Positions 10,541 to 24,071 of a DNA stretch of 64,000 nt are shown here, piece after piece (within the stretch, counting starts at the first letter, position 1; each line of letters starts with the position of its first letter). Both the position numbers and the translations under genes were made by a program. Under the pieces are notes generated by a model. It did not search any database. It worked only from the letters and a program-made list of their open reading frames with translations, and was not told the DNA's origin. The DNA lies in the NCBI GenBank assembly GCA_963813535.1, contig CAWEZH010000002.1:1-64000 (forward strand), given 5' to 3'. This stretch comes from an uncultured Chloroflexia bacterium (GTDB lineage Bacteria > Chloroflexota > Limnocylindria > Limnocylindrales > CSP1-4).

Positions 10541-12130
10541 ATGACCACCGCAGATCCAATCAGTCTCAGCCAGGCCAAGCGGCTCGCCGCCAATGCCGAC
10601 ACCATCCGCCTGCGCGCCACTCGCCCCGCCGATCTCGAGACGCCGATCGGGGCGTTCCTGCGCCTCGACGATGGCAATCCCGCCTACCTGCTGGAGTCGG
10701 TCGAAGGCGGCGAGCGCCTGGGTCGCTACTCATTCCTCGGCGTCGGCCCCCGGCGACTCCTCGAGGTGCGCGACGGCCAAGCCCACATCCAGACCCGACC
10801 CGTCACCGTCCCGATCTACACGCCTGACTTGCCGATCGAGACGATGGCCGCGCCGGATCCTCTCGATGCGATCCGCTCGTTCGTCCCGCGCCGCCGGGTC
10901 GAACCCAGCGAGGGCATGCCACGCTTCACCGGCGGCGCGGTCGGTGCCATCGCGTACGACGCCGTCTCCTCGTTCGAGACCACCGTCCCGCTGCCGGAGC
11001 GCGATCCGATCGGCGTCCCCACCGCCGCCTTCATCGAGACCGATCTCGTCCTCGTCTTCGATCACCTGACGCACACGCTGTCGGCGATCGCCTCGCTCCA
11101 CACGAACGCCCCCGACCTCGAGGGCCGCTATCGGATCGCCGAGGCCGCCATCTTCGAGGCGCTCGAGCGGACGGCTCGACCCAGCGCCGCGGAGCTTGCC
11201 GGACCCTCGACGCGGACGAACGTGACCGCGCCCCTGGCCGATCCGATCGAGACGAGCCTGGGCCGCGATGAGTACATCCGTGCGGTCGAGGTGGCCAAGG
11301 ACGCCATCGCGGCGGGTGAGGCGATCCAGGTCGTGCTGGCACGGCGGCAATCCTTCGGCTTGCCGACCGACCCGGCCACCGGTCGACCGCTCGACGGGAT
11401 CGGCCTCTACCGCTCGCTCCGTCGCGTCAACCCGAGCCCGTATCTGTTCTTCGTCCGGACCCCGCAGTTCGAGGTCGTCGGCGCCTCGCCCGAGCTCCTC
11501 CTGCAGGCCGAGGGCGACAAGCTGACGACCCACCCCATCGCCGGGACGCGTCCGCGTGGCGCCGATGCCCGCGAGGACGAGATCCTCGCCGAACAACTCC
11601 AGAAGGACCCGAAGGAGCGCGCCGAGCACGTGATGCTGGTCGACCTCGGTCGCAACGACATCGGCCGGGTCTCGCGCGCCGGTACTGTGACCGTCAGCAA
11701 GTACATGGAGGTCGAGCGCTACAGCCACGTCCTGCACCTCGTGTCGCACGTCGAGGGCCGGCTGAAGCCCGAGCTCGACGCCCTGGATGCGCTCAAGGCC
11801 GTCTTCCCGGCCGGCACATTGAGCGGCGCCCCGAAGGTGCGGGCGATGCAGCTCATCGCGGCGACCGAGGGCGAGCGTCGCGGCCTATACGGAGGTGCCG
11901 TCGGGTACCTCGGCTACGACGGCAATCTCGACACCGCGATCACGATCCGGAGCGCGGTCCTCAAGGACGGCCAGGCACACGTCCACACGGGGGCCGGCAT
12001 CGTCGCCGGTTCGGTCCCCGAGTCGGAGTTCGAGGAGACCGAGCACAAGGCAGCCGCGCTTCGGCGTGCCATCGAGCAGGCGGCCGGCATCCCCGAGGCG
12101 CCGCGCGAGCCCGTCGAGGCAGCGCCGTGA
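10541..12130 (+). CDS. trpE: Anthranilate synthase component I
   Basis: LLES, GRYS, NPSPY, SPELL, PIAGT, EHVMLVDLGRND, GTLSGAPK. Confidence 0.97.
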   Translation: MTTADPISLSQAKRLAANADTIRLRATRPADLETPIGAFLRLDDGNPAYLLESVEGGERLGRYSFLGVGPRRLLEVRDGQAHIQTRPVTVPIYTPDLPIETMAAPDPLDAIRSFVPRRRVEPSEGMPRFTGGAVGAIAYDAVSSFETTVPLPERDPIGVPTAAFIETDLVLVFDHLTHTLSAIASLHTNAPDLEGRYRIAEAAIFEALERTARPSAAELAGPSTRTNVTAPLADPIETSLGRDEYIRAVEVAKDAIAAGEAIQVVLARRQSFGLPTDPATGRPLDGIGLYRSLRRVNPSPYLFFVRTPQFEVVGASPELLLQAEGDKLTTHPIAGTRPRGADAREDEILAEQLQKDPKERAEHVMLVDLGRNDIGRVSRAGTVTVSKYMEVERYSHVLHLVSHVEGRLKPELDALDALKAVFPAGTLSGAPKVRAMQLIAATEGERRGLYGGAVGYLGYDGNLDTAITIRSAVLKDGQAHVHTGAGIVAGSVPESEFEETEHKAAALRRAIEQAAGIPEAPREPVEAAP

Positions 12131-12819
12131 TCCTGGTCGTCGACAACTACGACAGCTTCACGTTCAACCTCGTCCAGGCGCTCCAGGCCGCGGGCGCGGA
12201 CGTCAAGGTCCTGCGCAACGACGCGATCGACCGCGCGGGCCTCGAAGCCATGGCCGACGACCCCAACAACGAGCTGCGTGGCATCGTGATCTCGCCCGGT
12301 CCCGGCGACCCCGACGATGCCGGCGTGTCGGTCGCGACGATCGGTGTCGCCGCGGAGCGCGAGATCCCGCTGCTCGGCGTCTGCCTTGGCATGCAATCGA
12401 TGGCGGCCGCCTACGGTGCCTCGATCGTTCGCGCGCCGACGCTCGTCCACGGCGAGGCGACGGAGGTCACGCACGACGGGGCGGGGCTGCTCGAGGGCAT
12501 GCCACCTGCGTTCATGGCCGCGCGCTACCACTCGCTGGCGATCGATCCCGCGACGCTGCCACCCGAGCTACGCGTGACGGCCATGAGCGAGGTCGACCGG
12601 GTGATCATGGGTATCCGGCACGTCGCGTTGCCGATGGAAGGCGTCCAGTTCCACCCCGAGAGCGTGCTGACCCCGCAGGGGCCGCACCTGCTGGCGAACT
12701 TCCTGCGGCAGGCCGGGGAAGGGGAGGCGGCCCGGCTCGACGCCGCGACGGGCTCGTTCGCGACCGCCGGCCTGGCGACCGATCCGACGAACCGATCCGG
12801 CAGCGAGACCGACCGATGA
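12127..12819 (+). CDS. trpG: Anthranilate synthase component II (glutamine amidotransferase)
   Basis: DNYDSFT, SPGPG, GVCLG, RYHSL, QFHPES. Confidence 0.96.
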   Translation: MILVVDNYDSFTFNLVQALQAAGADVKVLRNDAIDRAGLEAMADDPNNELRGIVISPGPGDPDDAGVSVATIGVAAEREIPLLGVCLGMQSMAAAYGASIVRAPTLVHGEATEVTHDGAGLLEGMPPAFMAARYHSLAIDPATLPPELRVTAMSEVDRVIMGIRHVALPMEGVQFHPESVLTPQGPHLLANFLRQAGEGEAARLDAATGSFATAGLATDPTNRSGSETDR

Positions 12820-13849
12820 GCGACGCCGTCCGCGCCGCGCTGGGGACGATCGTCGATGGCGGCACGCTCTCGCTCGATGAGGCTCGGCTGGCCATGGGTG
12901 CAGTCATGGACGGGGAGGCGACACCGGCTCAGCTGGCTGCCCTGCTGATGGGGCTGCGGATGCGTGGCGAGACCGTCGACGAGCTGGCCGGCTTCGCGAC
13001 CGCGATGCGCGAGCGAGTGCTCACGGTCGATGCCCCGGATGGCGCGATCGACGTCGTCGGCACCGGTGGCGACGGCAGCGGGACGTTCAACATCTCGACG
13101 GCCGCCGCGCTGGTCGTCGCTGCCGCCGGTGTCCCAGTCGCGAAGCACGGCAACCGCGCCATCACGTCGAAGGCGGGGTCGGCCGACGTCCTCGATGCGC
13201 TCGGCATCCGCATCGATCACGACGCCGAGTCCGCGGCCCAGGCATTGCGCACGAACGGCTTCGCGTTCCTCTTCGCGCCGAGTTTCCACCCGGCGATGAA
13301 GCATGCAGGCCCGACCCGACGCGAGATCGGCGTCCGCACGGCCTTCAACCTCCTGGGCCCCCTGACCAACCCGGCCGGGACGACCCGCCAGCTGCTCGGT
13401 GTCGGGGACGGGACCGCGGCCGCCCGGATGGCCGAGGTCGCCCAGCGGCTCGGTACCGAGCGGACGTTCGTGATCCATGGCGCGGGCATCGACGAGCTGC
13501 CGCTCGATGACAGCGGCGTGCTGTATCACGTCGGTCCGGACGGCATCGAGCGCCACGACATCGTGGCCTCGAAGCTGGGCTTGCACGTCACGCCGACGAG
13601 CCGGCTCGCCGGTGGATCGCCCGACGACAACGCCAGGACCATCGAGTCGATCTTCCGTGGCGAGTCCGGGTCGAAGCGAGACGTCGTGCTGCTCAATGCC
13701 GGGGCCGCGTTCCTGGTGGCGGGTGAGGTCGAGCAGCTCGAGGGTGGCATCGAGAAGGCCGCGCTGACGATCGATGCCGGCCTCGCCACCGATCTGCTCC
13801 ACCGCTTGCGCGCCGAGCGCGACGCGCCCGTGCCCGCATCCTCTGCGAC

Positions 13850-13853
<4 letters not shown>
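12816..13853 (+). CDS. trpD: Anthranilate phosphoribosyltransferase
   Basis: GTGGDG, NIST, KHGNR, GSAD, FNLLGPLTNP; ATG 12816 overlaps the trpG stop. Confidence 0.97.
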
Positions 13854-16671
<2,818 letters not shown>

Positions 16672-16675
<4 letters not shown>

Positions 16676-17028
16676 CCGGCGCCGAGGTCCGTGCCCTATG
16701 TCTGTCGCTGCCCGAGACGACGGAAAAGGCCACCTGGGGCGACGAGGAGAACGCAGGTCACCCGACCTTCCGCATCCGGGACAGGATCTTCGTGATCATG
16801 GCCGATGAGGAGACGGGCGGCAGCATCAAGACCAGCCCGGGTGAGCAGGCCGAGTTGATGAGCGCCTTCCCGGAGGCGGCGCGCTCCGCGGCGTATGTCG
16901 GCCGCTTCGGTTGGGTCGACGTCGAGTTCGCGGGTATCCCCGACCAGGTGCTCCGCGAGATCATCGAAGGCGCCTGGGCACGGACCGCGCCGAAGAAGGT
17001 GGCCGAGGCGTGGCGGGTATCCCGATGA
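16672..17028 (+). CDS. MmcQ/YjbR (DUF419) family protein
   Basis: CLSLPETTE...PTFRIRDRIF...AYVGRFGWV...APKK; overlaps both neighbours by 4 nt. Confidence 0.85.
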
Positions 17029-17897
17029 CCACCACCAACGCCGAGACCGCGACGGGCGCCACCGTCGATATCGCTCTCGGCACGAACGAGTCGGCCGGCG
17101 CCCGACGCCTCGCAGACGTGTTCGCGCGGGCCCGGGCCGAGGGTCGAGCCGCCTTCATCCCGTACGTCGTGGCCGGCTATCCCGATGCGGTGGTGGGGCT
17201 CGACGTCGCCCTCGCCGTCGCCGACGCCGGGGCCGACATCCTCGAGATCGGGCTGCCATACAGCGACCCGCTCGCCGATGGCGCGACCCTGCAGCGCGCG
17301 TCGCAGGTCGCCCTTGGCGCAGGTGCGTCGCTCGACGGCTCGCTGCGGCTGATCGAGCGGGTCGGGGCCGCCCGACCAGACCTCCCGGTCGTCCCGATGG
17401 GCTACGCGAACCAGATCATCCGTGGAGGCGACGGGGAGGCGGTGCTGCGGCGCCTCGCAGGCGCCGGGGCGGCCGGTGTCATCGTCGCCGATCTCACCCC
17501 GGACGAGGGCGCACCGTTCGAAGCGGTCGCTCGCCAGGTGGGCATGGCCGTCGTCTATCTCGTCGCCCCCACGACACCATCGGAGCGCCGCGAACGGGTC
17601 GCTGCCCGAAGCGGCGGCTTCCTCTACTGCGTGTCGCTGATCGGCCTGACCGGGGCCCGGTCCGCCCTGTCGCCCGAGGTGCGGACGCTCGTCAGCGATG
17701 TCCGTGGTGTCTCACCGGTTCCGGTCGCTGTCGGGTTCGGCATCAGCACGCCCGAGCACGTGAAGGCCATCGCCGATGCGGATGCCGACGGCGTGGTCGT
17801 CGCTTCGGCGCTGGTCGACGCCCTGGGTGCCGATGGACGTGACGTCGCGGCCGTCACCGCGCTCGTCCGCGATCTCCGGGCTGCCACCGTCCGCTAG
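17025..17897 (+). CDS. trpA: Tryptophan synthase alpha chain
   Basis: EIGLPYSDPLADG, LVAPTT, GLTG, VGFGIS, DGVVVAS. Confidence 0.97.
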   Translation: MTTTNAETATGATVDIALGTNESAGARRLADVFARARAEGRAAFIPYVVAGYPDAVVGLDVALAVADAGADILEIGLPYSDPLADGATLQRASQVALGAGASLDGSLRLIERVGAARPDLPVVPMGYANQIIRGGDGEAVLRRLAGAGAAGVIVADLTPDEGAPFEAVARQVGMAVVYLVAPTTPSERRERVAARSGGFLYCVSLIGLTGARSALSPEVRTLVSDVRGVSPVPVAVGFGISTPEHVKAIADADADGVVVASALVDALGADGRDVAAVTALVRDLRAATVR

Positions 17898-17942
17898 GCA
17901 CGCCGGCCGCGAAATCCGAACCGATCGGACCTCGCCGGCCAC

Positions 17943-18125
17943 CTATCGATATGGAGGTGGCCCAACGTCGATGGCCGACCGAAGGTCCACATCGTCAGCA
18001 CCGATCTCTTCGCCGACACCCCTGGCGCGAGCGGCTGGCAGGTCGTCGGTCTGCGGGCATGCGATCCAGCCGAGTTCGGCGTGGTCCAGCCGGATGAGGA
18101 CATCCGTGCCGGTCGACTCGAGCAC
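17943..18125 (-). CDS. Possible 60-aa hypothetical protein
   Basis: Fills the trpA-channel gap; AGGAG upstream of GTG; balanced composition unlike the shadow ORFs. No family recognised. Confidence 0.35.
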   Translation of the reverse strand: MLESTGTDVLIRLDHAELGWIACPQTDDLPAARARGVGEEIGADDVDLRSAIDVGPPPYR

Positions 18126-18153
18126 GCCCGTTTCGCTCCTCTATCCTGCGCGC

Positions 18154-18669
18154 ATGCAACCGCCCCGCGGTCCGATCGTTGGTCGTCAGGTCGATCGGTT
18201 CCTGGCCGACCCTGCCTCCGTGAGGAATGCGGTGGTCGTCATCGTCTCCGTCACGGTGGTGGCAGTGCTGCTCGGCAGTGTCGTGATCTGGCTGTTCGAT
18301 CGGCGCGACTTTCCGGACATCGGCACGGCCATCTGGTTCATGCTCCAAACAGTCACGACGGTGGGGTATGGCGACGTGACACCGGTGAGCCTTCTTGGGC
18401 GATCCGTCGCCGGTGTCGTGATGATCGTCTCGATCGGGTTCGTCACGATCGTGACCGCCCTCATCACCTCGACCTTCGTCGAGGCGGCGCAGCGCCAGCG
18501 GCGAGCGGACGAAGCCGCGGCGCAGCGCGAGCGAACCGAGCGCGTCCATGCGCGCCTGGACGAGGTCGTCGATCGACTCGCGGCCATCGAGGCGTCCTTC
18601 GAGCGACTCGAGGCGCGCTCGCCAGGGGCAACCTCGGCACCGTCAACCGATCCCCCCGACCGCGGCTGA
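18154..18669 (+). CDS. Two-TM potassium channel (KcsA-like)
   Basis: Selectivity filter TTVGYGD between two hydrophobic helices; C-terminal coiled coil. Confidence 0.93.
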   Translation: MQPPRGPIVGRQVDRFLADPASVRNAVVVIVSVTVVAVLLGSVVIWLFDRRDFPDIGTAIWFMLQTVTTVGYGDVTPVSLLGRSVAGVVMIVSIGFVTIVTALITSTFVEAAQRQRRADEAAAQRERTERVHARLDEVVDRLAAIEASFERLEARSPGATSAPSTDPPDRG

Positions 18670-18787
18670 CGGCGCGTCTCGCGCATCGACTGCTCGGTCT
18701 GGGCCTGATCATCGCCCTGGCGGGCTACTCACCGAGCGCATCTCCATCACCCCCGTCGACGGATCATCCCGCCCGTATCCTGAGGGC

Positions 18788-19453
18788 ATGGCTCGGGGAC
18801 GCATCGAGATCGGCGAGGAGCTCGGCGCCAAGAAGGCTTTCGCCTGGGCGATCGACTGGCCGGGTTGGTGCCGGAGTGGCAAGACGGCGGAGCTGGCGCA
18901 CGAGGCACTCATCGCCTACGCGCCACGCTACGCGACGGTCGTCAAGGCGGCGAAGCTGGAGATGCCGAGCGTCGAAGGTGACCTCCTCGAGGTCATCGAG
19001 AGCGTGGAGGGCGGGGGCGGCACCGACTTCGGGGTCCCGTCGGTGATCACCGAACGCGATCGCGCCCGCGTGACGCCGGCCGAGGCCAAGCGCCTGGCGG
19101 CGCTCGTCGGGGCGTCCTGGACGATCTTCGAGCGCGTCGCTGCCGGCGCACCCGCCTCGCTGCGCAAGGGCCCGCGCGGCGGCGGACGCGACCGCGACAA
19201 GATGGTCGGGCACGTCATCGAGGCCGACCACGCCTACGCCCGCGAGATCGGGATCCGCCTGCCGGAACCGCACTTCGGCGAGCACGCGGCGATCGAGGCG
19301 GAGCGCGCTGCCGTCGTCGACGTCCTGGGCAGGCCATCCGACGGGAGCCCGCTCGCCGACCGCAAGTGGACGCAGCGCTACGCCGCGCGCCGGATCGCCT
19401 GGCACGCGCTCGATCACGCATGGGAGATGGAGGACCGCGCCGAGCCCGGCTGA
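18788..19453 (+). CDS. Conserved hypothetical protein (HicB-like N-terminus, DinB-like C-terminus)
   Basis: AIDWPGWCRSGK, KGPRGGGRD...HV, RRIAWHALDHAWEMED; domain labels are inference. Confidence 0.7.
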   Translation: MARGRIEIGEELGAKKAFAWAIDWPGWCRSGKTAELAHEALIAYAPRYATVVKAAKLEMPSVEGDLLEVIESVEGGGGTDFGVPSVITERDRARVTPAEAKRLAALVGASWTIFERVAAGAPASLRKGPRGGGRDRDKMVGHVIEADHAYAREIGIRLPEPHFGEHAAIEAERAAVVDVLGRPSDGSPLADRKWTQRYAARRIAWHALDHAWEMEDRAEPG

Positions 19454-19486
19454 GCACCGTGCCCAGCGTGTCCCCGGACGAGCCGG

Positions 19487-20335
19487 TCAGGGCGTCGCGA
19501 AGCCCGTCGCGGCCGCCGCCATCGCCACGACCTCCACCGCGGACCGACCTGCCTCGCGGAGCTCGCGGACTGCCGTGTCACCGGCGGACTTCGAGAGCTT
19601 CCGGCCGTCCGGGCGTCGAATCAGTGGGTGGTGGGCGTACGTGGGTGGTGTCGCTCGGCCGAGCAGCCGACCAAGGCGGATCTGCGAGGCCGTCGCATGG
19701 AGCAGGTCACGCCCGCGGACGACGAGATCGACGCGGTGGCGCAGGTCATCGACCACCACGCAGAATCCGTACGTCCAGTTGCCATGCCGGTCACGGATCG
19801 GGAGATCGCCCGTCGGTGCCACGTCGTCGGCACACCGACCGATGAGCCGGTCCATCCACGACTCATCGCCCCCGCCCAGTCGCACCCGCAGGACAGGGCC
19901 GTCCACGCCGCGCTCCAGGCAACCACCCGGACACCCGGGCCCGGTCCACGGACGCCCGTGCATCTCGGCCCAGGCCGCGAACGTGGAGCGCGTGCAGTCG
20001 CAGGCATAGACCCGGTCCTCGGCGCGCAGCCGCGCCAACGCGCTCGCATACGCGTCGAGAGCATCGGTGTCGGTCTGACGGACCGGTCCCGCATCCGGCC
20101 GGAACCCGAGCCAGCCGACGTCCTCGACCAGCCCGGCATCGTATTCGGGCCGGCAGCGTTGACGATCGTGGTCCTCGATCCGCAGCAGCACGCCGGCGCC
20201 GGCCGTCTGCGCCAGTCCCCACGTCCAGACGGCATTCGCCACGTGACCCAGGTGGAGATAGCCGGTCGGTGCGGGCGCGAACCGCGTGAGCGTCGCTGCG
20301 CCCGGGCCCACGTCAGCGCCCGCCGGCGTCGTCAC
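19487..20335 (-). CDS. gluQ: Glutamyl-Q tRNA(Asp) synthetase-like protein
   Basis: TRFAPAPTGYLHLGH, LRIEDHD, YACDCTR, VVRGRDL, KLSKS; about 280 aa with no anticodon-binding domain. Confidence 0.88.
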   Translation of the reverse strand: MTTPAGADVGPGAATLTRFAPAPTGYLHLGHVANAVWTWGLAQTAGAGVLLRIEDHDRQRCRPEYDAGLVEDVGWLGFRPDAGPVRQTDTDALDAYASALARLRAEDRVYACDCTRSTFAAWAEMHGRPWTGPGCPGGCLERGVDGPVLRVRLGGGDESWMDRLIGRCADDVAPTGDLPIRDRHGNWTYGFCVVVDDLRHRVDLVVRGRDLLHATASQIRLGRLLGRATPPTYAHHPLIRRPDGRKLSKSAGDTAVRELREAGRSAVEVVAMAAAATGFATP

Positions 20336-20654
20336 TCCCGTCCCGGTCGCGCCGCCGGTCGCGTGCCTCGAGGGCGCGCGTCGCGGCGAACAGGCGTCGG
20401 TACAGCGCGAGCAGATCGGCCTGCGGCATCGGGCCCTCATTGGCCATGGAGACCCGCAGCAGGATCTCCCGCTCACGCTCGGCATCACGCACGGCGGTCC
20501 TGCCTGCGGCGGTCTTGGCGTGGCCCGCCTCGCGCGCGACGCGCGCCCGCTCGTTGAGCAGCGCGACGATGCGTCGGTCGAGCACGTCGATCCGCCGCCG
20601 CAGTCGACGCAGTTCGGCCGTCTCGGGTGCCCTGCCGCTCCGTCGCTCAGCCAC
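20313..20654 (-). CDS. Chorismate mutase, type II (all-helical)
   Basis: LRRRIDVLDRRIVALLNER...K...VRDAERE. Confidence 0.92.
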   Translation of the reverse strand: MAERRSGRAPETAELRRLRRRIDVLDRRIVALLNERARVAREAGHAKTAAGRTAVRDAEREREILLRVSMANEGPMPQADLLALYRRLFAATRALEARDRRRDRDGSDDAGGR

Positions 20655-21087
20655 GGTGGCCTCCCCAGCGCCGAGCGATCGTCTCGAGCGCGAGGTGATA
20701 GCCGCGCGCACCCTGTCCGACGATCGACTCGGCCGCGACGTCGTGCAGGTAATTGACCTGCCGGAACGCCTCGCGCTTTGACGGGTCGGACAGGTGCACT
20801 TCGATGAACGGTCGCTGGACCGCGAGCAGCGCGTCTCGCAGCGACACGCTGGTGTGGGTCAAACCGCCGGCATTGACCACGGCGACGTCGAAGTCGCGCT
20901 GGTGGAGCCGGTCGATCAGTGCGCCCTCGTGGTTCGACTGGAAGAAGGCGACCTCGAGGCCGAGGTCGCGCGCCCGCGTGGCGATGCCGGCATGGATCTC
21001 ATCGAGCGTCTCGTAGCCGTAGATCTCGGGTTCCCGCGTCCCGACGAGGTTGAGGTTCGGCCCCTCGAGCACGAGCACGGTGGTCAT
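20647..21087 (-). CDS. aroQ: Type II 3-dehydroquinate dehydratase
   Basis: GPNLNLVGTREPEIYG, QSNHEG, THTSVSLRDA, EVHLS. Confidence 0.96.
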   Translation of the reverse strand: MTTVLVLEGPNLNLVGTREPEIYGYETLDEIHAGIATRARDLGLEVAFFQSNHEGALIDRLHQRDFDVAVVNAGGLTHTSVSLRDALLAVQRPFIEVHLSDPSKREAFRQVNYLHDVAAESIVGQGARGYHLALETIARRWGGHRG

Positions 21088-22736
21088 CGCGCAGTACCGG
21101 CGGCCAGGAGCGATCCCGTCGCATCGAGCACGATCTCGTCCGGGATGTCGGTCCGGACCTCGACGCCGTCGGCAGTGGGGAGCACCCAGCGCAGCCGACC
21201 CGCATCGTGCTTCTTGTCGACGGCCAGGTGGCCCAGCACCTCGTCGAGCGAGTAGGGCAGCGGTTCCGTGGCCAGGCCCAGTCGATCCAGTACGGCGCCG
21301 ATCCGTGCCGACCGCTCCGGTGGCGTCACGCCCACCGCCTCGCCGATGCGGCACGCCGCACGCAGCCCATACGCGACGGCTTCGCCGTGGAGGAGACCGT
21401 CGAACCCGCCTGCGGCTTCGACCGCATGGCCGAGCGAATGCCCCAGGTTGAGCGTGATGCGGCCACCCGACGCTGCCCGCTCGCGTTCGTCCGCGAGCAC
21501 GACGTCGACCTTCGCCCAGGCGCACCGTTCGACGAGCTCGGCGACGTCGCCGCGCTCCGCGGCGGCGGGATCGTTCCGAGCGATGTCGTCGCCTCGTCGC
21601 TCGAGCAACTCGAAGAGGCGCTCATCGCCGAGCGCGGCCATCTTGACCGCCTCGCCCAGAGCCGCCCGGCGATGGCGTTCGGGCAGCGTGCCGAGCAACG
21701 ACACGTCGATGACGATGTCGCTCGGCTGATGGAAGGCACCGACGAGGTTCTTTCCCTCCGGCAGGTCGACCGCCGTCTTGCCACCGATCGACGAGTCGAT
21801 CTGGGCGACCAGGGACGTCGGCACGTGGATGACCGGGATCCCGCGCAGGTACGTGGCCGCGAGGAAGCCGGCTGCGTCGCCGAGCGCGCCGCCGCCGATC
21901 GCGATCAGCGGCTCGCCCCGCGTCACGTGGTGGGCGGCGAGCTCGCTGGCCGCGGTCTCCACGACCGACAGGCGCTTGGCCGCCTCGCCTTCGGGGAGCA
22001 ACACCGACTCGACCGTTCGGCCGAGTCCTTCCAGCGCGGCAGCGATGCGCTCGCCGACGGCCTGCCACGCCCCGGGTTCCGAGACGACGACTGCGCGGCG
22101 CGCCTCGAGACGACCGAGCGCCGCATCGATGGCCGTGGCCGAGATCCCGTCGCCGATGACGATCCGGCCGATCGGCGTCGGGGTGGACAGCAGCCGCGTG
22201 CCTGACGCGGGTTGCCGTGAGCGGTTGGCGATGTGGGCCTCGACCGCGTCCACCACCGTCGACACCTCGGCGACACCGGCGATGTGCACGTCGGCGGCGG
22301 CATAGAAGCGTTCGCGGCGGGCTGCCAGGTCACGGATCGTGCCGATCGGGTCGCGTCCCGTGACCAGCGGCCGGATGTGGGGCGATCGGCGCAGCCGCTG
22401 GGCGAGCACCTCGGGTCGACCGTCGAGCCAGACCGCGATCCGGCCGCGGTACAGCGCCCAGCGGTTGCGTGGGTCGACGACGGCACCGCCGCCCGTCGCG
22501 ATGACGCGCCGGATGACCGGTTCCGGATCGGCCGGGCCGAGGTCCTGCACGGCGTTCCGCTCGAGCCGTCGGAACGTGGCCTCCCCATCCTCGGCGAAGA
22601 TCGTCGGGATCTGCCGGCCGTCGGTCCGCTCGATGCTCTCGTCGAGGTCGATGAACGTCGCGCCGTGGCGGTGCGCCAGCCGCTTGCCGACCACGCTCTT
22701 GCCGCTCCCCGGCAGACCGACCATGACGATATCCAT
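21084..22736 (-). CDS. aroKB: Bifunctional shikimate kinase / 3-dehydroquinate synthase
   Basis: GLPGSGKS, GEATFR, ATGGG followed by GGG...DAAGF, PTSLVAQIDSSIGGK, GKNLVG, LNLGHS. Confidence 0.95.
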   Translation of the reverse strand: MDIVMVGLPGSGKSVVGKRLAHRHGATFIDLDESIERTDGRQIPTIFAEDGEATFRRLERNAVQDLGPADPEPVIRRVIATGGGAVVDPRNRWALYRGRIAVWLDGRPEVLAQRLRRSPHIRPLVTGRDPIGTIRDLAARRERFYAAADVHIAGVAEVSTVVDAVEAHIANRSRQPASGTRLLSTPTPIGRIVIGDGISATAIDAALGRLEARRAVVVSEPGAWQAVGERIAAALEGLGRTVESVLLPEGEAAKRLSVVETAASELAAHHVTRGEPLIAIGGGALGDAAGFLAATYLRGIPVIHVPTSLVAQIDSSIGGKTAVDLPEGKNLVGAFHQPSDIVIDVSLLGTLPERHRRAALGEAVKMAALGDERLFELLERRGDDIARNDPAAAERGDVAELVERCAWAKVDVVLADERERAASGGRITLNLGHSLGHAVEAAGGFDGLLHGEAVAYGLRAACRIGEAVGVTPPERSARIGAVLDRLGLATEPLPYSLDEVLGHLAVDKKHDAGRLRWVLPTADGVEVRTDIPDEIVLDATGSLLAAGTAR

Positions 22737-22748
22737 CGGCAGCCGAGC

Positions 22749-24071
22749 CTAGTCGTCGCCGCCGGAGCCGGCCTCGTCCGACCCGGTCAGCCCGTGACGA
22801 GTCTCGACCGGCTCGTCTCCTTGAGCACCCGCGCGTCGGAGCCCCCCGGCGACCGGTGCGTCGAGCGGACGGGCGATCCGTGACCGGTACGTGGCGAGGT
22901 TGGCCGCGGCGTCGGCGACGGTGTCGCCACCGACCTTCTCCAGCAGGAACCGGGCGATGGTGAGCATCACCATCGCCTCGGCGACGATTCCCGCGGCGGG
23001 TACGACGCTGATGTCCGACCGCTCGTAATGGGCCTTCTCGACCGGTTCGCCGGTGATCAGGTCGGCCGATGGCAAGGGTCGTGCCAGGGTCGAGATCGGC
23101 TTCACGGCGCCTCGGATCACCAGCGGCTCGCCGTTCGTGACACCGCCGGTCAGCCCTCCTGCGTTGTTGGACCGATGCACCCAGCGGCCATCGTTCTCGC
23201 GTCCGGCGATGACGTCGTGGACGGCCGAGCCGAACCGCCGTGTCTGCTCGAAGCCGAGACCGAACTCCACGCCCTTCACGATGTTGATGCTCATGACCGC
23301 CGCGGCCAGCGCGGCATCGAGTCGTCGATCCCAGTGGACGTACGACCCGAGCCCGATCGGCAGGCCATGGGCGACGACCTCGAAGACCCCACCGACCGTG
23401 TCGCCGTTCGAGCGCGCCTCGTCGATGCGCGCGATCATCGCCGCCTCGGCGGCGGGGTCAGGACAGCGCAGGGGCGTCCCGTCGGCCTCCTGCCGCGAGC
23501 GCGTGCAGTTCGCCGGGTCGACCGCCACGCCCCCGACCTCGGCCGTGAAGGACCAGACCTCGATCCCCATCTCGCGCAGGAATGCGCGCGCGACGGCACC
23601 GGCCGCGACCCTGGCCGCCGTCTCCCGGGCGCTGGCACGCTCGAGCACGTTGCGGACGTCGTTGAAGCCGTACTTGAGAGCACCGGCCAGGTCGGCGTGC
23701 CCGGGGCGGACGCGGGTCACGGGCGTCGCCCGCTTGTCGCCGCCGTCGGCGAGCTCGGACAGCTCGCGTGCCTCGTCCTCGGACAGGGGTGCGACCTGCA
23801 TCACCTTCGTCCAGTTCTCCCAATCGCGGTTCCGGACGAGCAGCATCACCGGCGAGCCCAGGGTCACGCCGTGGCGGACGCCGCCGAGGATCTCGGCGCG
23901 ATCCTGTTCGATCTGCTGGCGCGCGCCCCGCCCATATCCCTTCTGGCGTCGGACGAGGTCGGCGGCGATGGCGTCCTCGGTCAGCGCGAGGCCCGCCGGG
24001 ACACCTTCGATCGTGACGCCGAGGGCTGGTCCATGCGACTCGCCGGCCGTGAGGAAGCGGAACGCGGTCAC
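22749..24071 (-). CDS. aroC: Chorismate synthase
   Basis: TAGESHG, RPGHAD, ERASARET, GGLTGG, KPIST. Confidence 0.97.
   Translation of the reverse strand: MTAFRFLTAGESHGPALGVTIEGVPAGLALTEDAIAADLVRRQKGYGRGARQQIEQDRAEILGGVRHGVTLGSPVMLLVRNRDWENWTKVMQVAPLSEDEARELSELADGGDKRATPVTRVRPGHADLAGALKYGFNDVRNVLERASARETAARVAAGAVARAFLREMGIEVWSFTAEVGGVAVDPANCTRSRQEADGTPLRCPDPAAEAAMIARIDEARSNGDTVGGVFEVVAHGLPIGLGSYVHWDRRLDAALAAAVMSINIVKGVEFGLGFEQTRRFGSAVHDVIAGRENDGRWVHRSNNAGGLTGGVTNGEPLVIRGAVKPISTLARPLPSADLITGEPVEKAHYERSDISVVPAAGIVAEAMVMLTIARFLLEKVGGDTVADAAANLATYRSRIARPLDAPVAGGLRRAGAQGDEPVETRHGLTGSDEAGSGGDD

Noticed and set aside
21084-22736. AroK-AroB fusion (also IspDF at 58890-60074) as novel
   Set aside because: Both bifunctional fusions are already known in several bacterial groups.
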